In this document: one piece after another, positions 1 through 10,588 of the stretch
How positions within the stretch are numbered: position 1 is the stretch's first letter
How the letters are laid out: each line of letters starts with the position of its first letter
DNA from: Mobula hypostoma
Lineage: Eukaryota
Reading direction: 5' to 3'
DNA: 64,000 bases
NCBI RefSeq assembly: GCF_963921235.1
Contig: NC_086108.1
Span: 28,646,001 to 28,710,000, forward strand
Translations under genes and position numbers: made by a program
The notes under the pieces: generated by a model
What the model was told of the DNA's origin: nothing
What the model saw: only the letters and a program-made list of their open reading frames with translations
Databases searched by the model: none

Positions 1-387
1 CCCATGTTCAAATAAATGCACGGGAGACCTTGAATTTGAAAATAATAGCAGAGAACGGAGAAGATTGTACTCAACCCAATTGTATGACCGTAAGTAGATG
101 AATTTAAGAAATGAGCAGATCCTTCAGACATGAAATTGCTAGACTTAGAGAAATTGCAACTGAACAGTCCATGTAATAAATAATTGCAAGGTGCAATTTA
201 ACATATGGAAGTAAAACATGAGAATAAACTTACAACTTTTTCTGCACTTAAATCCAGGACTACCTTTATATGTTAAAACTACAATACAAAGCTACTGCCA
301 TTGGCAAATCTATGAATTTATGTGCGCAACTGGAAATGCAGCCATTTAGTTAAATAAATACATGTGAAAGCCATTCAGTTAACATAC

Positions 388-467
388 CTAATCGTTTCCT
401 CCTGGTAAAGACTGCTGACCACTGGACCACCAAATCGTACTTTCAGATCAGAGTCCTTCAGTAAATC
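388..467 (-). CDS. ACBD6: ACBD6 coding exon 4 (linker before ankyrin repeats; gene continues outside window)
   Basis: tttcag|GAT TTA CTG... = DLLKDSDLKVRFGGPVVSSLYQEETI(R); FGGPVxSSLY linker motif typical of ACBD6; 80 nt; donor AG|gtatgt. Confidence 0.92.
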
Positions 468-654
468 CTGAAACACAATCAAAAAAGTTAATATAATTGT
501 AATTCTTGCAATGTTAAAGGCACTGTTAGAATATCTTCACACTTATTACATTGAGCAAACATTCTTGAAAAGGTCACTGGTGTAGCCCAGCAACATATAT
601 TTATTTATAAACCTGCCAATCATTTGCTTTGGTCAATTGCAGACACTTTAACAC

Positions 655-784
655 GACGAAGGGTCTCGGCCGAAACGTCAACTGTACCTCTTCCTAGAGA
701 TGCTGCCTGGCCTGCTGCGTTCACCAGCAACTTTGATGTGTGTTGCTTAAAATTCCAGCATCCGCAGATTTTCTCGTGTTTGCG
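655..784 (+). mobile_element. Short Penelope-like terminal insertion, starting inside the hammerhead core
   Basis: gacgaagggtctcggccgaaacgtc...ctcgtgtttgcg flanked by 10-bp TSD actttaacac (645-654, 785-794). Confidence 0.85.
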
Positions 785-3659
785 ACTTTAACACTATAAT
801 GGTTTAAGTAAACCCCCATCATAAGTAAACAATAGTCCACTAGGAGATTCCAACTTGCTGATCAGAGGTAAAAAGGACATTAAAAAATCCTATGTACTAG
901 CTTCTACAATCCTGACATGCAATTCGAACAATTCTTAGTTGTCCTCCAACTGATGGCCACAGCCTTGTGCTGCGCTGTTAATTTATATTAATCCATATCT
1001 GATTTTATGAAAGACAGGATTCTTCAATATAAATCATCATAAGAAATCACTATTTATTATTCACTGCTGCTTCATTCTCTAAATATCCAGTGATCTGTAC
1101 AAGAACATCCTGGTCTCATTGATAACCTAGAACTTTCAGTCACTCATCATTTAAAAATGTCTGCTCTTCTATTTTTACGTTTTTGTAAACATAATTTCCA
1201 CATTATTTTCTCGTTCCTATGCCTTTGCCTCTTTATAAGATCTTCCATTTCCATATGAAACCCATGTACATTGTAATTCACAACTCCACCCAGCTTTTTA
1301 AATCAAGAGCATACTACCACTTAATCCCCAAATCCGATTCACTGATACAGATTATGATTAGCTGGAACCCTGGCACCAATAATGATCAACCTACTATTAC
1401 AGGATTTCACTCATTCGAGGGACCACTTTGTTCAGTCAGCAATGAATTATAAAATCATCACAAACCACATAGAAAAAATAAGTATACACTACCAGTATGA
1501 AATGCAAATGTCTAAGCACACCATCCAAATATCCATCAACAGAATATTGTCTTAGTTATGCCCCAAGGTTGATCCCGTTGTTCCTAGCACTGTCCTTCCA
1601 CAAGACTCCACAGTTTAAGTCACAAAAACTGTATAGACCTAGTAGCAGTCCAATGAATCTATAGCTGACTGCTTTTGGAGGGAGATGTTAAGTACACATT
1701 TTTATATCTTTACAAACTTATGCACATGACTTTACCAGTGTTAGGACTATTAGTTCAGCACATATCCCTACTGGCATCATACTACACACACCCCTGTCTG
1801 AAACAATAATGCTCCTCACTGTTTGTGTTTCAACCTGCCCTTTCTCAGCAATTCTTTACAGAGCACATTAATAACTGTTCAAAAATTAAGGATACTTGCT
1901 AAAAGGGAAGTCTTTAGCTGCTCTAGCAGTGAAATGAGAAGAGAGAAAAAACACAGCAAAAGGAACAAAATCAGGGAGAACCAACCAAATTGTAACAGCT
2001 TTACCAACAACATATAAGAATCAAGAAAAGCCTGCTCAGAAGAAAGGAAGTTTAAAAGAATCATCAGAATTAAATTTTCAAAAAATGTAATTGTTAATAT
2101 TTAGCTGTCTTTTTCACTGAAATTTAGAATATCATACTGGCCTGCTTGCCACCAAGAGACTGTTTAAGAGTTTTCTTTCATATGTTATGGAAAAGTATTT
2201 ATTAATTTTGATAAAAGTAGAGCAATTTGCAGATTTATAGTGCTTATCTTTGAAAATTACAAGGAAACAATCAAAAATAGAGTAGATGTTAAGCAGAAAA
2301 CAGTCAATATTTTTACTCACATGCAAATGTGGGTGTCAGTCACAAGAGCTGTATTTATTGCTTATTGTAAATTTTTCCAGAGGTTGGTGGTGAGCCATCA
2401 GTCTGCACAGTTAAGGTATTTTTTATAGTGATTTTAGGGTAAAGAGCTCAAGGATTTTGAGCCAGAAAATATTAAGTAATAAAGTCATATTCAAATTAGA
2501 AGGGTATACAATTTGTAGTGGTAATTGCAGCTGTTTTTGTTCTGAAATGCTTGCTGCCCTTGTCCTTCTAGGCAGTAGAGGTTGGAAGATTTGGAAGTGC
2601 TGTTGAAAATGCAGCAGTGCTCCATGTAACTAGAGTCCACTCATAATCTAGGTTGTTAGAACATGTTTCTGGGGAGATTTCAAAGAGGGAAATGGAAAGT
2701 TTTAGGGAGGGAATTCTAAATCAAGTGGCTTATTCATTTCCACCAAAGAATACACTATTAAAATATGATAGACCCAGAACAGTAGAATTAAAGTACACAA
2801 TTGCTCTAAGGGCATTTTTGCAATTAAATCTTTTTTCCATAGATTTACTCTAATAACAAATACCAAAAATTAACAGCATCAGCAGCAAGCTTCCAATTTT
2901 TTCCAATTGATATAGATAGAAAAAAGGTATTTTCAAGAAAACCTCCAGAAAAACGCACAAAATGCAGTGAACTAAGCTAACGCACCTCTAAGTGAAACTC
3001 ATGAGACTGCGGAGTTCCTGTAACTGTCCAAACTAACAGCAATAAAACAAAACTACATAACTTTTGTCATGGAAATAACTAAACCCCTGTCAGAATAATT
3101 TAGTCTAATCACTTTTCCAACAAGAACAAACAGAATCAATTATCTTCCATGGTTAACTTTTGTATGCCAGTTGTGTTTTGATCTCTTACCCCTAGACAAC
3201 ATCATCTGCCTAGTGGGTTGGAATGACATTCCTAGAAGGTTTAGAAAGCTTCACAAGAGGTCGCAGTTAATGCAAGTCAACAAATCAGCAACATCAAATA
3301 ATGTTTGCAGCCACTTTTCCTATAACACTAGTTTCCAAAAACAAGTTAGATTAGAGCTGTCAAATAAACATTTGTACTCTGCATTTCTCTCAGGATTAAG
3401 GTAAGGCAATTAAATGTTTTTGGGATACCTCAACGAAACCTTCAAATTGAAGCTTTCAATGGAAATACATACTGACAAGATCAGTTTTGCTCTATCAGCT
3501 ACCTACTGTCCAAAATTCAGCAGAGCAATGTAGGAAGAGTTGTCAAAAGGCATATTAGTCCAATGCAGTAGAAATTACATTTTCCCACAAAATACAGCAA
3601 ACCAAAATGCATGCAATTTTGGTTTCTTAATATCTGCCCTACAATTTTTCCACTCCTCA

Positions 3660-4143
3660 TTGATGTGGATACCATAGAGAGAGTGCAGAGGAGATTTACA
3701 AGGATGTTGCCTGGATTGGAGAGAATGCCTTATGAAAATAGGTTGCGTGAACTTGGCCTTTTCTCCTTGGAGCGACGAAGAATGAGAGGTGACCTGATAC
3801 AGGTGTATAAGATGATGATAGGCATTGATCATGTGGAGAGCCAGAGGCTTCTTCCCAGAGCTGAAATGGCTAACACGAGGGGGCGTAGTTTTAAGGTGCT
3901 TGTAAGTAAGTACACAGAGGATGTCAGAGGTAAGTTTCTCACACAGCGATTGGTGGAATGCACTGCCAGCGAAGGTGGTAGACGCGATACAATAGGGACT
4001 ATTAAGAGACTGTTAGGTAGGTATATGGAGCTTAGGAAAATAGAGGGAAATTCTAGGCAGGTTCTAGTGTAGGTTACATGGTTGGCACAACATTGTGGGC
4101 CGAAGGGCCTGTAACGTGCTGTAGATCTCTATGTTTCTATATA
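3660..4143 (+). mobile_element. CR1 LINE 3' fragment
   Basis: IERVQRRFTRMLPGL...LFSLERRRMRGDLI (CR1 ORF2 C-terminus); ends gggccgaagggcctg...tctatgtttctat. Confidence 0.9.
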
Positions 4144-4244
4144 GGGGTCCCAACTTGAGAGAGAGTGATGCTGGATCTCCAATTAGGAAATCAGACAGGG
4201 CAGGTGACAGAAGTGTGTGTAGGGGAACACAAACTGTTCAGCTG

Positions 4245-4487
4245 CTACCACCTGAAAAATGGTACCGCAGCATTAAGGCCAGGACCAACAGGCTTTGGAA
4301 CAGCTTCTTTAACCAGGCTATCAGATTTATCAATATACGTTGATCTGATTGCATATCTGACTGTACATTGATCTGATTGTGTATCTGACGACACATACAT
4401 GTATACAAAACAATTACGTGTACAATAATGGAGATACAATGTAAAGATTTTTACTCCCTTGAATGAAAGAAATAAAATAAATACAAA
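4245..4487 (+). mobile_element. Rex1/Babar-type LINE 3' fragment
   Basis: YRSIKARTNRLWNSFF motif; 3' UTR related to the 22737 copy. Confidence 0.7.
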
Positions 4488-4489
4488 TA

Positions 4490-4765
4490 CCTTGCATCTA
4501 GTGATCATAACTAGATATAGGGAGGGCAATTACCGGAAGCTCGAGAAATTGATGTCTACGCCATCAGGTTGGCGGCTACCCAGACAGAGTATAAGATGTT
4601 AATCCTCCAACCTGAGTGTAGCCTCATTGCAGCAGCAGTGGAGGTCAAGGACTCATGTGTCGGAAAGAGAATGGGAAGTAGAATTGAAAGGGGTGACCAC
4701 AGGGAGATCCTGTTTTTTTCTGGCGGATGGAGCATAGGTGCTCAACAAAGGACTCCAATCTATGT
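4490..4765 (-). mobile_element. Penelope-like element fragment (GIY-YIG 3' region)
   Basis: Alignable by eye with 37390-37610 of the larger PLE copy. Confidence 0.65.
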
Positions 4766-4769
4766 CGGA

Positions 4770-5040
4770 TACAACCTTGGAGCAGTACTACTACAGCAGC
4801 ATGATGACACTTGGCAACCTGTGGTCTATAATCAAAGGCTTTAACAAGTACAGAAGCAAACTATGCACAGATAGAGAAAGAACTTCTTGCCAGCACATAG
4901 GCATGTCAAAGGTTCCACTAGTATAGCTTTGGACAAGCTACTGAAATCATAAACCGCTGGTCTAAATTATGTCCAGATCTCTGAATGACTGTCCCATGAG
5001 TATACAGCGCATGTTGATAAGGCTGTAGAAATATGATGTG
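4770..5040 (+). mobile_element. Ty3/Gypsy pol remnant (RNase H)
   Basis: LGAVLLQ...WQPVVY, then after a frameshift TEANYAQIEKELLA, HKPLV and IQRMLIRL; stops present. Confidence 0.8.
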
Positions 5041-6500
5041 AAGATAAGACCATAAGACCGAAAGACATAAGAGCAGAATTAGGCCATTTGGTCCTTCGAG
5101 TCTGCTCCACCATTTCATCATGGCTGATCCATTTTCCCTCTCAGCCCCTCTCCAGTGTCAGCAGATCCTTTCTAAGATAAGGGGTCTAAAACTGCTCACA
5201 TTACTCCAAGTGAGGCCGCACCAGTGCTTTATAAAGAATGCTAACATTGCACTTGCCTTCCTCATCACCAATTCAATGTGCAAATTAACCTTAATGAAAT
5301 CCTGCACAAGAACTCCCAAGTCATCAATTCCGTCATCTAAGTCATTAACACGTAACATTAACAGAAGCTCTCGCAACACAGACCCCTATGGAACACCACT
5401 AGTCACCAGCAGCCAACCAGAAAAGGCTCTCTTTGCCTCCTGTCCATCAGCCACCGCTCTATCCATGCTAGTATCTTTCCTGTAATACCATAGGCTCTTA
5501 ACTTGTTAAGCAGCCTCACGTCAAAAGCGTTCTGGAAATCCAAGTACCCAACATCCACCAATTCTCCTTTGTCCTGCTTATTTCTTCAAAGAATTCCAAC
5601 AGATTTGTCAGGCAAGATTTTCCCTTGAGGAAACCATGCTGACTATGGCCTATTTTATAATATGCCTCGAAGTACTTATTCAATTCATCCACCATTTCCT
5701 TGTCCCCCATTACTACCTCTCCAGCATCATTTTCCAGTGCTCCAATATCCACTCTTGCCTCACCTTCACTTATCTGAAGAAACTTTTGGTATCCTCTTTA
5801 ATATTATTGGCTAGCTTACTATCGTATTCCATCTTTTCCTTCTTAATGACTTCTTAGTTGCCTTCTGTTGATTTTTAAAAGCTTCCCAATCCTCTAACTT
5901 CCCACTAATTTTTGCTCTATTTTATGCCCTCTCTTTGGCTTTTATGTTGGCTTTGACTTCTCCTGTTCTCCTCAGTTGTGTCATCTTGCCTTTAGAATAC
6001 TTCTTCCTTCTGGGGATATATATATATCCTGTGCCTTCTGAATTGCTTCCAGAAATTCCAGCCTTTGCTGCTCTGCCATCAACCCTGCCAGTGATCTTTT
6101 CTAATCAATTCTGACCAACTCTTCTCTCATGCCTCTGTAATTCCCCTTACTCTATGTAATACCACTACATCTGACTTTAGCCTCCCTTCTCAAATTTCAG
6201 GATGAATTCAATTACATTATGATCATGTTTCCCTAAGGGTTCTTTTAACTTAAGCTCTCTAATCAATTCCTGATCACTGCACAGCACCCAATACGGAATA
6301 GCTGGTCCCCTCATGGGTTTAACCATGCTGCTCTAAAAAGCCTTCTCATAGGCATTCTAGAAATTCCCCCTCTTGGGATCCAGCACCAATTTTCTGATTT
6401 TCTCAATCTACCTGCATACTGAAATCCCGCATGACTATTGTATCATTGCCCTTTTGGCATGAATTTTCCATCTCCCATTGTAATTTGTAGACCACACCCT
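5041..6500 (-). mobile_element. CR1 LINE, internally deleted
   Basis: QHGFLKGKSCLTNLLEFFEE motif; CR1-type tail at 5041-5110. Confidence 0.85.
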
Positions 6501-6837
6501 GACAATCTTTTGCATCATCAATCAAATCAATAATCTGAATTTACAACTCATGCTAAAATAAACCACCAATCCCATCTCCTAACTTTTGAACACAATTCTC
6601 TCATATGGGACTTTATCAAAGATCTTCTGAAAATCCATATTCATCACATTCACAGGCTTCCTCTTTTTATTCTATGAGTTACAGGCTCAAAATATTCCAG
6701 TGGGCATGTCAAACACAGTTTCACTTTCATGAATCCATGATGACTTCGTTATAACATATTTTATAATAGATGCTGGCATTTTCCCTACCACTCATCGTAA
6801 GCTAACTGTTCTGCATTTGTCACCCTCCAATAAGAAG

Positions 6838-7120
6838 TCTTCTTCTTCGGCTATCCATCGATTTTCGATGTTGACTGAGGCCTGGGCAAGGTTGTATGGA
6901 AGGCCGGCAGTTGCCCATGCTGCATCCCCTCTCCACGCTACCAATGTTGTCCAGGGGAAGGGCACTAGGACCCATACAGCTTGGCATCGGTGTCGTCGCA
7001 GAGCAATGTGTGGTTAAATGCCTTGCTCAAGGACACAACCCGCTGCCTCAGCTGAGGCTAGAACTAGCGACCTTCAGATCACTAGACCGACGTCCTTAAC
7101 CACTTGGCCACGCGCCACAC
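6838..7120 (-). mobile_element. tRNA-derived SINE with CORE-like body and (GAA)n tail
   Basis: Minus strand: A box TGGCCAAGTGG, B-box-like GTTCTAGCC, then gtgtccttgagcaaggcatttaacc; ends gatagccgaagaagaaga. Confidence 0.85.
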
Positions 7121-7646
7121 ACAGTAATTGAAGTAATTGCCCTCTAATCTATTGAATTTTGATAGCTGTCAGCCAATACATCTATTAGTTACATAGCTGT
7201 TTATTTTACTATTTGGGGATAGCAGATTATCAGACCCTGGAGTTTCATTCATTCTAGTCCTATTAATTTATCCAACATAATGCTTTTATTGAATATTAAC
7301 ATCAGGTAATCCTGTGGATGCTAGAAATCTAAAATTTTAAATAAACAAAAATACTTGAAATACTCAGCAGGTCAGGCCATATTTATGGGAAACGTACTGA
7401 GTACTTCCAGCATATTTGTTTCTTGTTTTAGATTTCCAACATCTGTAGGCTTTTTTTAAATTCTGCTGCACAATTTCAGGAATAAACACATCAGCAATTA
7501 AAATTCAACTCCAGAAGCTGCTATCAGTGACTGTCTGCTGCTCCACAAGTTTGGAGTTTTAATTTTTTTATATGTCATATTTCTGACCCTAAGAATCTAT
7601 GAATCAATGCAGATGTTTATGAATTAGTGTAGCTTCAAAATGTCCT

Positions 7647-8197
7647 TAATGGCGAAAAGGTGTATTTTACAACATTGGAAGGAGATTAATGCCCCAACTA
7701 CATCTTTTGGTTTTCTCAGATGATACTATGTTTAAATTTGGAGAAAATCAGAAGTAATCTTTATGATACTTCAGTTAAATTTGAACAGACCTGGAGAACT
7801 TTTATTCAACATTTTCATTTAATGTAATTTTTTTTTCTCTTTGCCCATATTTACATTCTCTTCTTGCTTTTTAACTGTTTTCAATGGAGGTCGGGTTTGA
7901 GGACGTGATTGTTTTAAGTTGTTTAAGTCTCCTTGATACCTAGTTAGCCCATTGCTTTGCTTTGCTTTTTAGATTAGTTGCATGATGGGGTTTTTTTGGG
8001 GTTTTTCTTCTCTTTATTGATATGTATGGAAAATTAGTATACTATTATATTACCTTATTATTGTATATCTAAACTGCATTGTTTGTACTAACTTTTTTTG
8101 TATATTAATATCTCTTGTAAATTTATATTGCAACAGTATATTAGTGTCTACATGGTTTACCTTTTGTGTACTAATTCAATAAAAAGATTTAATAAGA
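7647..8197 (+). mobile_element. L1-clade LINE 3' end
   Basis: AKRCILQHWK...LEKIR...KFEQTWR, homologous to 46260-46420; AATAAA and A-rich tail; 10-bp TSD aaaatgtcct. Confidence 0.85.
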
Positions 8198-8879
8198 AAA
8201 ATGTCCTGAAAATAGTGCATACAAAGCAAAAATTGATTAAGATGGAAATATGAACCTAAAGCAGAAAATAACAAGAGGTACACAGCTGGTCAGTCAGCAC
8301 CTGTGGAGAAAAAAATGTTTCAAGTCCAAAACTTTACATCAGGCCTATTTTGATAAAAGCTCATTGATCTGAAAGGTTAACTCTGTTTCCCCTACCACAG
8401 ATACTACCTAAATCGGCAGATTTTATTGCATGAAATATTGTTAAACAATACTTCATTGACCTAGTTACTTCCAGTCGATTAACTAAACTCATCACGCTGA
8501 CCAACCACCATGCTGCAGATCAAATTCAACCACATAAACTGAGATACAATCATCTGTGCAATCATCATGTGAATAACAAGTGATCAAATAGAATCAAAGA
8601 GTGATACATTTGAATCCATACATGACTTTGCCTTGATATAACACTAAATTGCACACTCCCTTTCAAATCCACATAGAAAAGCTAGAAGGAAAGACAGTAT
8701 GTAAGCTAGCATCAGCTGGAAGGTTGTAGTCCCCTAAGAGGAAGAAATTAGAGCCAGAATCACAATATCTACATTCACCCTTCCTTATTCCAATGCCAAG
8801 TTCACTTGCCTGAGATAAGCATACTATATCCACACAGAAATGAGGGAAATACATGACAAAGAGATTGCTAGATCCACGC

Positions 8880-10588
8880 CTATGGCTTCCAGTTAATTGG
8901 GATACATCAAGACCAGCACATTTTGACCCAATTAAGTGGCTGCTCCAATTAGCCAAAGTTTCGTGGACATAGTTAAAAAGATATATAAAGACAAACTGAG
9001 TAACAAATTATGTACAGTCGGCCCTCCTTATCCGCGAGTTCCGCATGCGCGAATTCAACCAACCGTGAATCACGAAAACCCAGAAGTGCTCTTCCAGCAC
9101 TTGCTGTTCGAGCATATACAGACTTCTTTTTCTTGGCATTATTCCCTGAACAATGCAGTATAACAACTATTTTACATAGCATTTACATTGTATTAGGTAT
9201 TATAAGTAATCTAGAGATGATTTAAAGTATACGGGAGGATGTACGTAGGTTATCATGGATCAGGATCGAAAAAAAACGGAAATTCTCTTAATAAGTAAGT
9301 CGGAACAGGTACATCCGGTATTATTTAGCATCAGTTAGTCAAACGTTTGCCTTAGTATATAGTATCTATTTTACCTTTCTATGCATATAAAATATTTAAG
9401 AAACATATGTTTCAGTGCCAGGCTCGGGAATGGAAGTTCCCGAGTTTGATCCAGTGACAGAGTGCTACCAAGCACACTCTCCATCTGTGCCGAGTTGATT
9501 TGGAGGATCAAAAACCCAAAACCCCAGAACCCAATAATTAAACCACTGCATTGCTTAGTAATAATTGTAGCTCTAATCGGGGCAGGGCCTTTCTCACTCT
9601 ACCCTTTAAAATTGTTCCGATCATTGACCGACTGTAGCCTAACACTTTTCCAATGGCGTTTCACTTCTTTCCCATCGCTTTATTATTTCCACTTTATTTT
9701 CAATCATAATCGTGATTATTTTCGTGGACAGAAACACTGCGGATTCAGAGCTCCGCCGTTGGGTCCTAACATCCACCGCACTAAGACAGGTTAAATAAGG
9801 TCCGAGGTTCCGCTGGGTCCTAAGGTCCACTGCATTTAGCCAGGTTGAATAAGGGACTTGAGCATTCGCGTTGTTTGGTATCCGCGAGGGGTCCCGGAAC
9901 CAATCCCTCGCGGGTAAGGAGGGCTGACTGTATTTAAATGAAATACAGTATAAATTAGCACATTACCAATGGTATTACAATACGATAAAACTGGGCATTA
10001 GATGGAGGAGTTCCTGTGTATTAGATGGACAAGTTCATCCAGTATCCACTGCCATGTTCTTTTGACTGACTGTCAGTGAACAAAATCAGCACAGACACCT
10101 GGGCAGAGAATGGACTGCCTTAATACAATCCATTTAACAATTGCATCCTCCAAATCTTCACTGTAACATTCAAGTTGATTGTTGATACATTTATTCATAG
10201 TTCCTAACTTGTTGAACTAGTGAAATTGTTACAGTTTCACTCCCAGCCATTTCTGACATCTCCAAGCCAACATACTTGAAACTCCAATGAGCAAAACAGT
10301 TCCAAATTGTCTTACTGCTTACTTCTTGCCAACTATCAGTGCCAAAAGTTGCTGCTTTTGAACACAAACAGAAGCACGATGTGGTGTCTAACGGCCGTGC
10401 AAGAACACACCACAAGCGCTAGTCAGAACCTGTTCGGCAACAGTCTCCTATCAAATTAAGCAGCATAATGTCCCAAATAAGCAAAGGGAATCCCAGCTAT
10501 TTTTTCGATTAGATTTTGTTCTTTAAAAGTTGTCCCAAATAAGCAGCTACCCCAATTGACCAATGTCCCAATTAACTGGAATCCATTG
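8880..10588 (-). mobile_element. Non-autonomous Tigger/pogo-like DNA element, interrupted by a MER2-like element
   Basis: Terminal inverted repeats ttccagttaattggga / tcccaattaactggaatccattg followed by TA; TIWNCFAH transposase-like remnant; homologous to 57999-58941. Confidence 0.7.
9015..9930. mobile_element. MER2-like Tigger-derived MITE with internal insert
   Basis: TA|cagtcggccctccttatccgcga ... tcgcgggtaaggagggctgactg|TA TIRs; both arms resemble the recalled mammalian MER2 consensus. Confidence 0.85.

Noticed and set aside
7040..7120. Possible tRNA gene
   Set aside because: The A/B boxes run directly into a SINE body and tail that is repeated at 18945; no convincing cloverleaf
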